A DNA stretch of 52,527 nt from Kiritimatiellia bacterium (GCA_045545855.1 JAZQBR010000274.1:1-52527); one strand, 5' to 3'. Shown: positions 7,301-15,919, numbered from the stretch's first letter. The notes: a model not told the origin generated them from the letters alone. Program-made: numbers and translations.

Positions 7301-10300
7301 TCAGCGCAAATAGAGCCTGAACGCGCTCGGCAGGAGCTGGCGCTTGATCTCCTTGATCTCGCGCCAGTCGAGCGCCGCGTCGTAAACGCGCCAGTCGTCG
7401 AGCCAGTAGCCGTTGTCGCCAACGGAGCTATACGACTTTTTGCTGTTGTAGATGGAACCAAACTGCCCAACCTGTCCAATTCCGGACGGGAGGCTAGCAC
7501 CAAAAGCCTCATCTAGATCATCGACTTTCAGTGTCGTGCCGGTTGGTGTGGCAACCACCGAAACAATGTGCCACGAACCAACAAGGCTATCGATTCCCGA
7601 GACTTGCGCCACATCATACCCGGTTCCGCCACCCGTCCATGCTACAAGCGACAACGTCTCCGAATCTTTGGCGACGAGGGCAATGCCATCGGCAAAAGCG
7701 TCACCGAGGTTCCAAAGCAGCATATTGCCGGCCTCTAGAGGTTTTATGACAGACACAACCGTCATCTCGCCAGCGTGGAAAGGCGACTTGCCGGCCGTAT
7801 TGTTACTAAACCAAGGCGTCGTTCCGTCTTTGAACAGCCCGGCATTCCCGTCCCTGCCCGGGACAGACTCGGGATTTATATTCCCGATCCCATATGTCGA
7901 ATCCTCCGCAATGGAGTTGGCAGAATTAAAGTCGTAATGGATGAAATTAGCAAGGGCGACAACTTCGGCCGTGATGGTATTCCCAGTGACAGCCAGCTCG
8001 AACCGGCTGCTGGACTCGTCAACCACCAAACCTTCCAGCGAGGACTCTGCAGGTGCTGAAAGCAACGTGAACGAACTGCCGACCTGAAGCTTGGAGGCAT
8101 CAATGCCGTGCGTGTAAACGGTGATGGTGACATCGCTCGGCAGAGTCCAGCCCGATGCGTCAATCCCGGCCGCCGTCGGGGCAAGCTCTGCTGTCGCGCC
8201 GGAATTGAATTCAAGACAGGTTGTGTCGCATGCCCCGGTGAATCTGGTGGATATGCCAAATCGCCCTTGAGCAGTTGTATACACCTTGCCGCCACGCACC
8301 TCAAGCGTATCAATCCACAGACGCCGCCCGGTATTGTTGCGAAGCTCGGCCCCCTCGCGCACTATCACAGTGGTATGGCGGTCTATTGTTTCGGAGCCAT
8401 CCAAGCTTGTCCACTGATTGAAACTGGCCGTGCCTTCTGATATGTCAAGGGTCCCGCCATTGTTGGTACGCACATTCGTGCAGTAGAGTTCACCGGCTCC
8501 GGTCTTAGTCAGCGTATGGCCGTTCAAGTACAGTTGGTAGGCCGCCCCTGTCGTACCGAACTTTATCTTTTGAGTACCGCCGACAGTCGCATCGCCAGCC
8601 AGCGAGACCGCGAGTATGCTACCGCTCTCACCGCCCGAAGACGTAATGGCCCAAGGCCAGTCGCCCGAACCCGCGCCGGAAATCGTGACTTCCGCAGAGG
8701 CGTCAATCGTGTGCCCGTTCATGTCAAGAGTGCCGCCGTCATACACCAAAAACGTCGGCGTACCCGCAAAGACATCATCCGCTCCAAGCTGCAAGACGCC
8801 GCCGGTCGTCAAAACGCATCCAGCAAAAAATGAAGCGCCGTCTCCACTCTTGCTGACTGTCAAAACCGCGTTTTCACTGCCGACGATCTTCAGAGAACCC
8901 AATGAAGCGGCGCTGTCGACTACAAGCGAGGTGGACGTGGCAACGCGCAATTCAACTGAGCCGTCAAGCGGGGCAGCGTCTGCCGCTTCTCCGTCGGCCC
9001 GCCACGACGCCTCACTCCAGCGGACCGTCCCGCCGCCAAGGTCTAGAGTGTACTTGGCCGTCCTGCCCGTGCCGGCAGACATTATCTGAACGGCTGAAAT
9101 ACAACCGCGCGCACCATTGCCGTTTGAGCCGCCGTTTATCGACAACGCGCCCGAGAGGCCGTTTATGCGCAACGCATTGACACCTGCCACCGCCTTGCCC
9201 GTGCCCTGCAACGTCGCCATTCCCCATGTGTCAGTTGCAGATGAAGCGACAACCGTCTCTCCTGCCGACACATCGTACTTGTATGCGACGCCGTTGACGG
9301 TCTTGGCCTTGAACTTGGCGGATTTGTTGTCGGTAGAGCAGTAAATTATCAAGTCATATTGCTCAAATGGCACGTTCGTGAGCGAAATATTCACAGTGTT
9401 TCCGCCGTCGTCCAGGTAACCCTGCATGAACGTTCCATTTGCAAGAGTATCATACTCCGACCAGCAGTTGGCAGAAGACCAGGTAAACGTCGAAAGTCCG
9501 TCGCCAAACAAGTCGGCCGTGCCAGACGATTCGTAGTTGTTCGACATCCATGTGCCATTGCCGACTAACGCCCCGGTCGTGTCCGCTGCGGCCCCCTCCG
9601 ACCCTTGGCTCGAGCGACCACCGTTTGCGTTGAAATTGAAGCCTATGACGCCTGGCGTGAGCCATGAGCGCAGAACGCCGCCCGCCACGCCGGCGAAATC
9701 GACATTCGAGAAATACGACGCGTCCGGCTTGGATGAAGCGGTGAGCGTAATTGAGCCGTCGCTGATTATATAAACCTTGGTCGCCGCGAAAGGCCCGTCG
9801 ACGGCGACGCTTGAGCCGGCGGGCACATGCACATAAGCCGTGTCGACATCGCCGATCTCGGTCGAAAGCGCCGAAAACGACGCGTTTTCACCGGCCTTCA
9901 CCACCTTGTACGACGGAAACGAATACGTGTTCAGTTCATCAACCGTCAGCACGCTGCCAAAAACCGCTATGCCCGTAATCTGCATACCCAAAGCGGCGCG
10001 CCAGTTGGTATTGATCGTACCGCTGCGCATGCCGCCAATCGTCGCGCCGTAAATGCTGTTATCGGAGCCTGAATGCAGAGCCGACGAGCCCCATGTCGCA
10101 TTCGCCGGGAAGTTCCCCGCCGACTCGCTGGTGTGAAGGTAAGTGCCGCCACCTGCCTTGTAGGTAAAGGCCATGTAGCCTTCGGTTGCGATTGTGCCGT
10201 CATAGGGATTGAAATCATTCCAATTGGTGCCGTTGTGCCACATACCGCGCAGCCTGTTGTCAGCCTGCAAATCTACGCCCGTACGATCGGCATTGTACGC

Positions 10301-10603
10301 CGATGTCACGCAACTGGTCGCGAGAGCTTTCGCATTGCCGCCATTCGCCAGACCGGAGTATTCAACCAGCACCGTTATGCCCGACGCCCCGGCGACAGGC
10401 GTCGCGAAATTGATATCGACACCCGCGTAAGTCTGGTCGATTGTTATCGTCGACTTGTCGGCGCTGAGCGCGTTGCCGTTCAAGTTGAGCGTGCAGCCGC
10501 TGAACCTAGCCTCGAAATCGCCGTGCCACACGGCTACCGGCGTCGCGGCGAACGCGGCCGTCGCGCTGACGAGCGCGGCTAATGCTGCTGTGGTTTTTTT
10601 CAT
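7301..10603 (-). CDS. giant exported protein: N-terminal and C-terminal LamG/concanavalin-like domains flanking autotransporter-associated beta-strand (PATR-like) repeats
   Basis: 1100-aa ORF with signal peptide MKKTTAALAALVSATAAFA and GGAGG 7 nt upstream of the ATG. PATR-like segments: LNGHTLTKTGAGELYCTNV, GGVLQLGADD..GGTLDMNGHT. C-terminal LamG-like region WHIVSVVATPTGTTLKVDD..YWLDDWRVYDAAL. The protein ends AFRLYLR. Confidence 0.85.
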   Translation of the reverse strand: MKKTTAALAALVSATAAFAATPVAVWHGDFEARFSGCTLNLNGNALSADKSTITIDQTYAGVDINFATPVAGASGITVLVEYSGLANGGNAKALATSCVTSAYNADRTGVDLQADNRLRGMWHNGTNWNDFNPYDGTIATEGYMAFTYKAGGGTYLHTSESAGNFPANATWGSSALHSGSDNSIYGATIGGMRSGTINTNWRAALGMQITGIAVFGSVLTVDELNTYSFPSYKVVKAGENASFSALSTEIGDVDTAYVHVPAGSSVAVDGPFAATKVYIISDGSITLTASSKPDASYFSNVDFAGVAGGVLRSWLTPGVIGFNFNANGGRSSQGSEGAAADTTGALVGNGTWMSNNYESSGTADLFGDGLSTFTWSSANCWSEYDTLANGTFMQGYLDDGGNTVNISLTNVPFEQYDLIIYCSTDNKSAKFKAKTVNGVAYKYDVSAGETVVASSATDTWGMATLQGTGKAVAGVNALRINGLSGALSINGGSNGNGARGCISAVQIMSAGTGRTAKYTLDLGGGTVRWSEASWRADGEAADAAPLDGSVELRVATSTSLVVDSAASLGSLKIVGSENAVLTVSKSGDGASFFAGCVLTTGGVLQLGADDVFAGTPTFLVYDGGTLDMNGHTIDASAEVTISGAGSGDWPWAITSSGGESGSILAVSLAGDATVGGTQKIKFGTTGAAYQLYLNGHTLTKTGAGELYCTNVRTNNGGTLDISEGTASFNQWTSLDGSETIDRHTTVIVREGAELRNNTGRRLWIDTLEVRGGKVYTTAQGRFGISTRFTGACDTTCLEFNSGATAELAPTAAGIDASGWTLPSDVTITVYTHGIDASKLQVGSSFTLLSAPAESSLEGLVVDESSSRFELAVTGNTITAEVVALANFIHYDFNSANSIAEDSTYGIGNINPESVPGRDGNAGLFKDGTTPWFSNNTAGKSPFHAGEMTVVSVIKPLEAGNMLLWNLGDAFADGIALVAKDSETLSLVAWTGGGTGYDVAQVSGIDSLVGSWHIVSVVATPTGTTLKVDDLDEAFGASLPSGIGQVGQFGSIYNSKKSYSSVGDNGYWLDDWRVYDAALDWREIKEIKRQLLPSAFRLYLR

Positions 10604-10659
10604 GGGTGACCTCCGTTGTTTCTTGTTTTATGGTCAAATCGTGATTGCAGGCGCCGCCG

Positions 10660-11295
10660 TCAGAGCGCCGCCGAAATCGCCTCCTCTACCTGCGATAGAG
10701 GCGCGGTCGGCTCGAAGCGGCGCAAGACCCGCCCGTCCCTGCCAATCAGAAACTTCGTGAAGTTCCACTTGATCGACGGCTTCTTCGCGTAGTCCGGATC
10801 AGCCTCGCCGAGCATTTTCTCCAGTATCGGCGCGAGTTTGCCGTCTTGCGGGAAGCCCTCGAACGGCGCGTTCGCCGTCAGGTACTTGAAGAGCGGCGCG
10901 GCGTTCTCGCCGTTCACCTCGACCTTGGCGAACTGCGGGAAAGCCGTCTTGTAGTTCAGCACGCAGAATGAATGAATCTCCTCCTCGGTCCCGGGCGCTT
11001 GCTGGCCGAACTGGTTGCACGGAAAGTCCAGCAGCTCGAAGCCGCGCTCCTTCTGCCGCTCGTATATCGCCTCGAGCTCGTTGTACTGCGGGGTGAACCC
11101 GCACCTCGTCGCCGTGTTCACGACGAGCAGAACCTTGCCGCGGTACCGCGAGAGCGGCACTTCGCTCCCGTCGCGCCCCTTGACGGCGAATTGATAGACC
11201 GTGTCTTCCTGCATGGTTTTCTCTCCATTGGTTGCACATGACGCGCCCATCAGGGCGGCCGCCGTTGCCGCTATTACTGCAAAAGCCTTTTTCAT
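10660..11295 (-). CDS. glutathione peroxidase family protein (Cys type), exported or lipoprotein
   Basis: 211-aa ORF with motifs VVNTATRCGFT (TGC Cys codon, not TGA), FPCNQFGQQ and WNFTKFL. N-terminal signal MKKAFAVIAATAAALMGASC. Confidence 0.9.
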   Translation of the reverse strand: MKKAFAVIAATAAALMGASCATNGEKTMQEDTVYQFAVKGRDGSEVPLSRYRGKVLLVVNTATRCGFTPQYNELEAIYERQKERGFELLDFPCNQFGQQAPGTEEEIHSFCVLNYKTAFPQFAKVEVNGENAAPLFKYLTANAPFEGFPQDGKLAPILEKMLGEADPDYAKKPSIKWNFTKFLIGRDGRVLRRFEPTAPLSQVEEAISAAL

Positions 11296-11303
11296 TTTTT
11301 CGT

Positions 11304-11312
11304 ATTATACCA
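11304..11312 (-). promoter_or_regulatory. extended -10 element TGGTATAAT; predicts a leaderless or near-leaderless gpx-family mRNA
   Basis: Plus-strand ATTATACCA. The TATAAT hexamer ends at 11304 and the ATG is at 11295, so a start site about 7 nt downstream of the hexamer falls 0-3 nt before the ATG. There is no room for a Shine-Dalgarno. Confidence 0.5.
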
Positions 11313-11384
11313 AATACCCGGCGGCGGCGCTAGGGGGTTTCTTTCTGTTTCTTTATTTTGCGAAAGAAAGAAGCCGAGGCGGCG

Positions 11385-12029
11385 TCAGAAGCCGAGGTCC
11401 TCGTCCACGATCAGCACATAGCCGTCTGTGCGCGAAGGACAGCGGTCCATGATTACGGTGACCTTGCAAATGCGGTCGGGTGAAGAGCAGTCGGCGCAAA
11501 TCCCGGTCGCCGCGCACGGCGTCTTTTTGCCGAGGCGGCGGCAGTTCGGCGGACACGCCTCGCGCTTGATGCGCGCTATGGCGTCGTCCAGCGAGCCGTC
11601 CACCAGCTTGTTGCGCCCGACGACGAAAACAACCCGTTTCGGACCGAATATTGACGCCGCGACACGATTGCCGTTGCCGTCTATGTTCACGAGCCGCCCG
11701 TCAACCGTGAGGGCGTTCGCGCTCGTCAGAAAGAGGTCGCACGTCAATTCACGGCGCATCACAGTCATCTTCTCCTCGGCGTTCCATTTCGGGTCGCCGT
11801 GCCTCAATATCTCTTTGCCGGCGGCCCCGAGAGAGTCCGCGAGCCCGAGTGCCGAGAGAGTGCGGCTGCCGCCAAAGCCTACGCTTTGCGCATCCGCCGC
11901 GAGTTCCGTCACGCGCGCGGCCGCCTCGGCGCCCGTCGCGAAACATTCCGCCGCGAAGCCGCGGCGCCTGAGCGCCTCGGCCGTTTTCTCAAGAGCCGCC
12001 ATCCGGTTCACCTTGCCTTCATTTTCCAT
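11385..12029 (-). CDS. LUD (lactate-utilisation, DUF162-type) domain protein with Cys-rich C-terminus
   Basis: 214-aa ORF. SVGFGGSRTLSALGL and LTSANALTVDGRLVNIDGNGNRV are typical of the LUD domain. The C-terminus is CPPNCRRLGKKTPCAATGICADCSSPDRIC. Confidence 0.8.
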   Translation of the reverse strand: MENEGKVNRMAALEKTAEALRRRGFAAECFATGAEAAARVTELAADAQSVGFGGSRTLSALGLADSLGAAGKEILRHGDPKWNAEEKMTVMRRELTCDLFLTSANALTVDGRLVNIDGNGNRVAASIFGPKRVVFVVGRNKLVDGSLDDAIARIKREACPPNCRRLGKKTPCAATGICADCSSPDRICKVTVIMDRCPSRTDGYVLIVDEDLGF

Positions 12030-12076
12030 TTTCCGCTCCTGTTAGCTGCTATTACGTTGGCTTTCAGCCGGCGCAT

Positions 12077-12085
12077 AGTATACCA
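12077..12085 (-). promoter_or_regulatory. extended -10-like element TGGTATACT upstream of the LUD-domain gene
   Basis: Plus-strand AGTATACCA, about 48 nt upstream of ATG 12029. Confidence 0.4.
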
Positions 12086-12238
12086 TATCTTACGCTCCGG
12101 CGGTAAGAGCGTTTTCACACGGCAGGCGGCAGAGGGCGGCGCCCGGCGGTCGCCCCCTACCGTGCTTCGCTGGCAACGGTTCCCACGAACATGCCCCTAC
12201 CGATGCGCGCCGCTCGGACGGCCCGAACGCGCCCTCTC

Positions 12239-12302
12239 TGGAGACGCGGCTTCCAGCCGCGTTGCCTCCCCCTTCTCAACGCGGCAAGATGCCGCGTCTC
12301 CA
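12239..12302 (-). terminator. nested GC-rich hairpin immediately after the GH127 stop codon (terminator-like, no U tract)
   Basis: Outer perfect 12-bp inverted repeat TGGAGACGCGGC (12239-12250) / GCCGCGTCTCCA (12291-12302). It encloses an inner perfect 9-bp inverted repeat GCCGCGTTG (12256-12264) / CAACGCGGC (12277-12285). The element starts 3 nt after the TAG at 12305-12307. Confidence 0.4.
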
Positions 12303-12304
12303 TT

Positions 12305-14335
12305 CTAGCGACACCATTGCAAATCGGGGAATGCCGCCAATCTCAGTTGCGTCATGCCGTAAGGGACGAGCACGAGCGTCTCCACCTCGTCCGAGACAGG
12401 CCGGGGCGTTGCCGGGATGCGCGGCGTCATCCTGCCGGCGTCCAGCTCCCATGCTATGCGCTTGGCATTCACCTTGACAGCCACGCCGGCGGCGCTCTGG
12501 CAAAAACCGCCGGGATGCTGCCGCGTCGGCGAAACGACCACCTCTGCATCGTGATTGGCCAACGCGAAATTGAACGGTCCTGCCGGGCGGATGTTCCAGC
12601 ACTTGAAGTCCGGATTGCGGCTCTTCTTGCCTCGCATGTTCTCATGCTCGACGGTATCCTCCGTGCGTTCCGCGGCGACAGGATAAGCGAAGAGGAGCGG
12701 CCCCCTGCGAACGACCGTGCCCTGGCTACCGCTCTCCCCGTCCAGTTTCCCCACCCATCTGCTGACGGCATCCTTGATGACATAGCGGCAAGGCGGGAGC
12801 GCCTCGAACACCACATCCATCGGGAAATCGAGCTCCAGCACGTCCCCGTCCTCGAACATGCGCGAGAAAGCGACGAACGACCCCGGAGCCATCGCGGCAT
12901 CCAAGGTTTCGCCGTTCAACCGGGCGCACGCACCGGTCTTGCACCATCCCGGGACGCGAAAGGTGAACGCGCTTCGCCTCGGTTCGTCCATCGAGAAGCG
13001 GAAAGCGATTTTCCCGTCGAACGGGTAGCGCGTTTCTTCGGCAATCCTGCACCAGCCGAAATCCACGCGGCAAGGGCCGTAGAGCGCGGCGACGGGCGAG
13101 CCCTCGGCATCTTTCAGCCACATCCGCGAGACGTAGTTGGGGAGAAAGCGGTGCACGTTGCCGGCGCAGCACTCGGTCTCGTGCGTCGGGCGGTACTGGC
13201 TCCACGTAGTGCCGTAGAAATAAGGATTATGGTTGGAATCGGACGTCGCGATAAACTGGTTCACATTCGAGAAATACTGCAACGCCTTGAAATCGCGATC
13301 GACGGAGCCAAAACCCGCATTGAAAACGCAACGCTCGATTTTGTCGGCGAACAGTGCGTCGCCCGTCGTCTCGAGAAAACACCCGAGCGCCCACGACCAA
13401 TCGGAGACGACGCAAGTCTCATGCCCCCAATGCACGAAATTCCCGCGCGTCTGCTCGGTGGAACTCGGGCAGCCGTCAGGCAGCATGTGGTCGCGTTCGA
13501 TCTTGCGCTCGACATTAAGCGCCTCGTCGAGATATTCGCGCTTTCCCGTGTGCGCGAAAAGCAGGATCGGTATTTTCATTTCTTCGCAGCAGCTGACGCC
13601 ATGCATGTAGATGGGCGCATCGTTGGTGCAATTAAGCGTCGTAAGGTCGCCCGACCAGTCGTCTTTCTCCGTCTTCATGTTCCACGCCTTCTCGGCGAGT
13701 TCGAGCAAACGCGTCTGGCCCGTCCTGGCATACGTCCACAACATCCCCTCGACACTTACGGTGTTGCGCCCCTCGGCGACCTTTTGCGGAGCGTAGAGCA
13801 GGTAGTAACGCGCGAGGGCGGCGGGTATGCGCGCGTCCCCGGTCGCGTCGTATTTCGCTTTCATCGCGCGAAAGAACACCGCCATCGGCCACATTTCATA
13901 TCCCTGGGCGAGCGCATGGCGCGAACCGTCCCAGAGGCAGGGATTGCCCAGCTGCCCCTCGCCGGACGCGTGCTCGAGCGTCCAGTCCACGCCGAGTTCG
14001 CCTTTTTCGACGAGTGCGCCGTCGCGCAGCGCATAACCCAGGCGCAAGAGGCCGTCAGTGTAGTAGGCTGTCTGCTCGTAGCGCCACCAGCCGTCGCCGT
14101 GGGCGCCCTCGCGCGAGATTTGCCCCGCCCAGAGGCAGGAATCGTAGGGGTAGCTCAAGGCTTCAGGATGCCCCGTCAACCCCTGCGCCTGCATGCGGCA
14201 GGCCGCCTCCAGCCAACCGGCGGGACGCGTCCGCGACAACATCCCGTCCTCGAAACGCCCGAACGGCGCTACATCCGCGAGTGCGGCGAGCGACGCGAGC
14301 GCCGCCACCAGCGATAATAATGTTTTCGTTGCCAT
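12305..14335 (-). CDS. glycoside hydrolase family 127 (beta-L-arabinofuranosidase-like, DUF1680), exported (676 aa)
   Basis: ORF 12305..14413 trimmed to ATG 14335 (MATKTLLSLVAALASLAALA signal). It has the HypBA1-type Zn/catalytic pattern E-x-C (WGHETCVVSDW) followed by C-C (THETECCAGNVHRFLP). Confidence 0.85.
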   Translation of the reverse strand: MATKTLLSLVAALASLAALADVAPFGRFEDGMLSRTRPAGWLEAACRMQAQGLTGHPEALSYPYDSCLWAGQISREGAHGDGWWRYEQTAYYTDGLLRLGYALRDGALVEKGELGVDWTLEHASGEGQLGNPCLWDGSRHALAQGYEMWPMAVFFRAMKAKYDATGDARIPAALARYYLLYAPQKVAEGRNTVSVEGMLWTYARTGQTRLLELAEKAWNMKTEKDDWSGDLTTLNCTNDAPIYMHGVSCCEEMKIPILLFAHTGKREYLDEALNVERKIERDHMLPDGCPSSTEQTRGNFVHWGHETCVVSDWSWALGCFLETTGDALFADKIERCVFNAGFGSVDRDFKALQYFSNVNQFIATSDSNHNPYFYGTTWSQYRPTHETECCAGNVHRFLPNYVSRMWLKDAEGSPVAALYGPCRVDFGWCRIAEETRYPFDGKIAFRFSMDEPRRSAFTFRVPGWCKTGACARLNGETLDAAMAPGSFVAFSRMFEDGDVLELDFPMDVVFEALPPCRYVIKDAVSRWVGKLDGESGSQGTVVRRGPLLFAYPVAAERTEDTVEHENMRGKKSRNPDFKCWNIRPAGPFNFALANHDAEVVVSPTRQHPGGFCQSAAGVAVKVNAKRIAWELDAGRMTPRIPATPRPVSDEVETLVLVPYGMTQLRLAAFPDLQWCR

Positions 14336-14346
14336 GTTTAATGTGG

Positions 14347-14466
14347 AAATGTTGCCAGTGTTGAATGTTGCCAATGTTGCCAGTGTTGCCAATAACCAAT
14401 ACTCAATTACCAATAATTGGAAATTGGCAACATTGGCATTGGCAACATTTTCACAATGGCAACATT
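14347..14466. repeat. inverted array of TGTTGCCA / TGGCAACA octamers filling the whole intergenic gap
   Basis: Exact TGTTGCCA at 14350-57, 14366-73, 14375-82 and 14384-91. Exact complement TGGCAACA at 14425-32, 14440-47 and 14457-64. Degenerate copies at 14358-65 and 14433-39. CCAAT/ATTGG-rich centre with the palindrome CCAATAATTGG at 14410-14420. The right end overlaps the TAA stop of the upstream gene (14465-67). Confidence 0.8.
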
Positions 14467-15901
14467 AAACAATGATAGTGAAACCGGAGAAAATCGCATC
14501 GCTCGTCTTGCCGAAGGATTCGGCGGCGCGCACGCGAAATCTGACGGACGGGACCAGATACGAGGCTCGGCGCGTGCCAAGCTCAGACAGCGCGAACACA
14601 CACTTCACCGTCTTCGACTCGCGCTCCGGCATGTTGAAATAGCCGGGCGAGTAGACGCGCTTGGTCGCGGCCACGCGCCGCACGTCGCACTCATCCACTT
14701 CGGCGGCCACCTCGTAGTCGTAGGCGCGCGTCATCCCCGCGCCAATCAATGCGGAGGGGAACGAGACGACGAACTGGCGCGCCGGCCTTCCCTTGCGGTC
14801 TTTGCCGTCGAGCGGGCCCGCGACGGAAACCTTCGCGCCTTCCGGGAACCGCGGCGCCGTCGCCGCAGCCGCGCGCACGTCGAACCGGAACGGTGCATCG
14901 CTTGACGCCGGCACGCTCGCCACCCAGTCGTCGCCGAGTTTCCCGTCGTTCGCGAAATCCCATCTCTCGAACACCAGCCTGCCGTCATATACCGAGAGCA
15001 GCAAACCCTGCTGCTCGCTGAACTTGTCAATCGTCGCCATCTGCTTCAAATCGTCGTTCTGCGAAGGTCCGGCGTTCTCTCTGCCGAACATCGGCCCGAT
15101 ATATCTAAGCGAGGACGCGCCGACGGAGGTGAACGCCCCCTGCCAAATGCTACGCTCGTCGACGAGCGGATGGTGCGAATGCCCGGAAATCGCCACCGCG
15201 TTCGGGAATTGCGACAGCGCCCGTGTCGCAAATCCTTCATCATGCCCCCACGCCCACGGCCCGTGGCAGGTGTTGGCGGGATGCGGATGCTGTATGTAGA
15301 AAAACGGCTTGTCGCCTCGCAGTTCATCTGCGTGTTCCGCCATGTACCGCTCGATTTCCGGAACGCCCTTCCAGGCGACCCAATGCGCGCCGATGAAGGT
15401 ATAGCCCTTAAGGGACTTCTGCCATATCGGTTCGTACGGCTCGCCGAAAACCTTCTCCCACGCCGCCGCGCGATCGGTCGCGATCACGTCCTGCGGCGCG
15501 GGCTTGAGCTTTGGATTGTATGAAAGACCCTCGATATCGTGGTTGCCGTAGACAAACAGTTTCTCGACGCCGCATCCGGCTGGGAACACCTCATTCCACG
15601 CGTCGGCGACGCACTGCAACTGCGAAACAAGTCCGTCGTCGGCCATGTCGCCAGAAATCACCACGCCATCAACGCCGCAGTCGCGAAACCTCTTCAGCGC
15701 CTTGACCAAATGTTCGGTGCCAAATTGCCCGGTCCGGGCGCGAACATGAATGTCGCTTACCACGCCAAGTCGAAGATTCGGCCGGGACGGGATTGGCGAG
15801 GACGCGGGGAGCCCCGCGCCCTCGCCAAACATTCGCCAAGGGCGCAACGCCGCAGACGCCGCCGCGCCCATGATAAATTCTTTTCTGGTCATAGCCGCCA
15901 T
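14465..15901 (-). CDS. calcineurin-like metallophosphoesterase, exported (possible Tat-like signal)
   Basis: ORF 14465..15907 begins at a GTG. I prefer ATG 15901, which has GGGAG 6 nt upstream. Motifs GVVSDIHV, SGDMADDG, YGNHDIEG and ISGHSHHPL are present. N-terminus is MAAMTRKEFIMGAAASAAL. Confidence 0.8.
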   Translation of the reverse strand: MAAMTRKEFIMGAAASAALRPWRMFGEGAGLPASSPIPSRPNLRLGVVSDIHVRARTGQFGTEHLVKALKRFRDCGVDGVVISGDMADDGLVSQLQCVADAWNEVFPAGCGVEKLFVYGNHDIEGLSYNPKLKPAPQDVIATDRAAAWEKVFGEPYEPIWQKSLKGYTFIGAHWVAWKGVPEIERYMAEHADELRGDKPFFYIQHPHPANTCHGPWAWGHDEGFATRALSQFPNAVAISGHSHHPLVDERSIWQGAFTSVGASSLRYIGPMFGRENAGPSQNDDLKQMATIDKFSEQQGLLLSVYDGRLVFERWDFANDGKLGDDWVASVPASSDAPFRFDVRAAAATAPRFPEGAKVSVAGPLDGKDRKGRPARQFVVSFPSALIGAGMTRAYDYEVAAEVDECDVRRVAATKRVYSPGYFNMPERESKTVKCVFALSELGTRRASYLVPSVRFRVRAAESFGKTSDAIFSGFTIIV

Positions 15902-15919
15902 AGCCACCTCCCGGCCTCG

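Noticed and set aside
10972-11110. Selenocysteine (TGA recoding) in the glutathione peroxidase family gene.
   Set aside because: The active-site residue in NTATRCGFT is encoded by TGC, and the ORF has no in-frame TGA.
11335-11375. AT-rich inverted repeat TTTCTTTC..GAAAGAAA after the LUD-domain gene, considered as a terminator.
   Set aside because: The stem is entirely A/T-G poor and weak, the loop is long, and there is no clear U tract on the transcript.
12030-12304. Largest intergenic gap (275 nt) examined for a tRNA, riboswitch or small gene.
   Set aside because: No T-loop (GTTCGAATC-like) or cloverleaf arms. The only ATG frame is 11 codons. What is there is explained by a -10 element and the nested hairpin.
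12191-14317. Very long plus-strand ORFs antisense to real genes. Examples: 12191..14317 (708 aa), 27880..29745 (621 aa), 48234..49784 (516 aa), 3564..5021 (485 aa), 50943..52256 (437 aa), 16916..18214 (432 aa).
   Set aside because: Their translations are Arg/Ala/Gly/Pro-rich low-information strings with no motifs. They lie exactly opposite ORFs with clear family signatures. Such stop-free antisense frames are expected in GC-rich DNA.
14347-14466. Sigma-54 promoter (TGGCAC-N5-TTGC) or CRISPR array within the TGGCAAC/GTTGCCA repeats.
   Set aside because: The GG-to-GC spacing in the 9-bp periodic copies does not fit the -24/-12 geometry. The units are only 8-9 bp with no spacers, and no cas genes are present.
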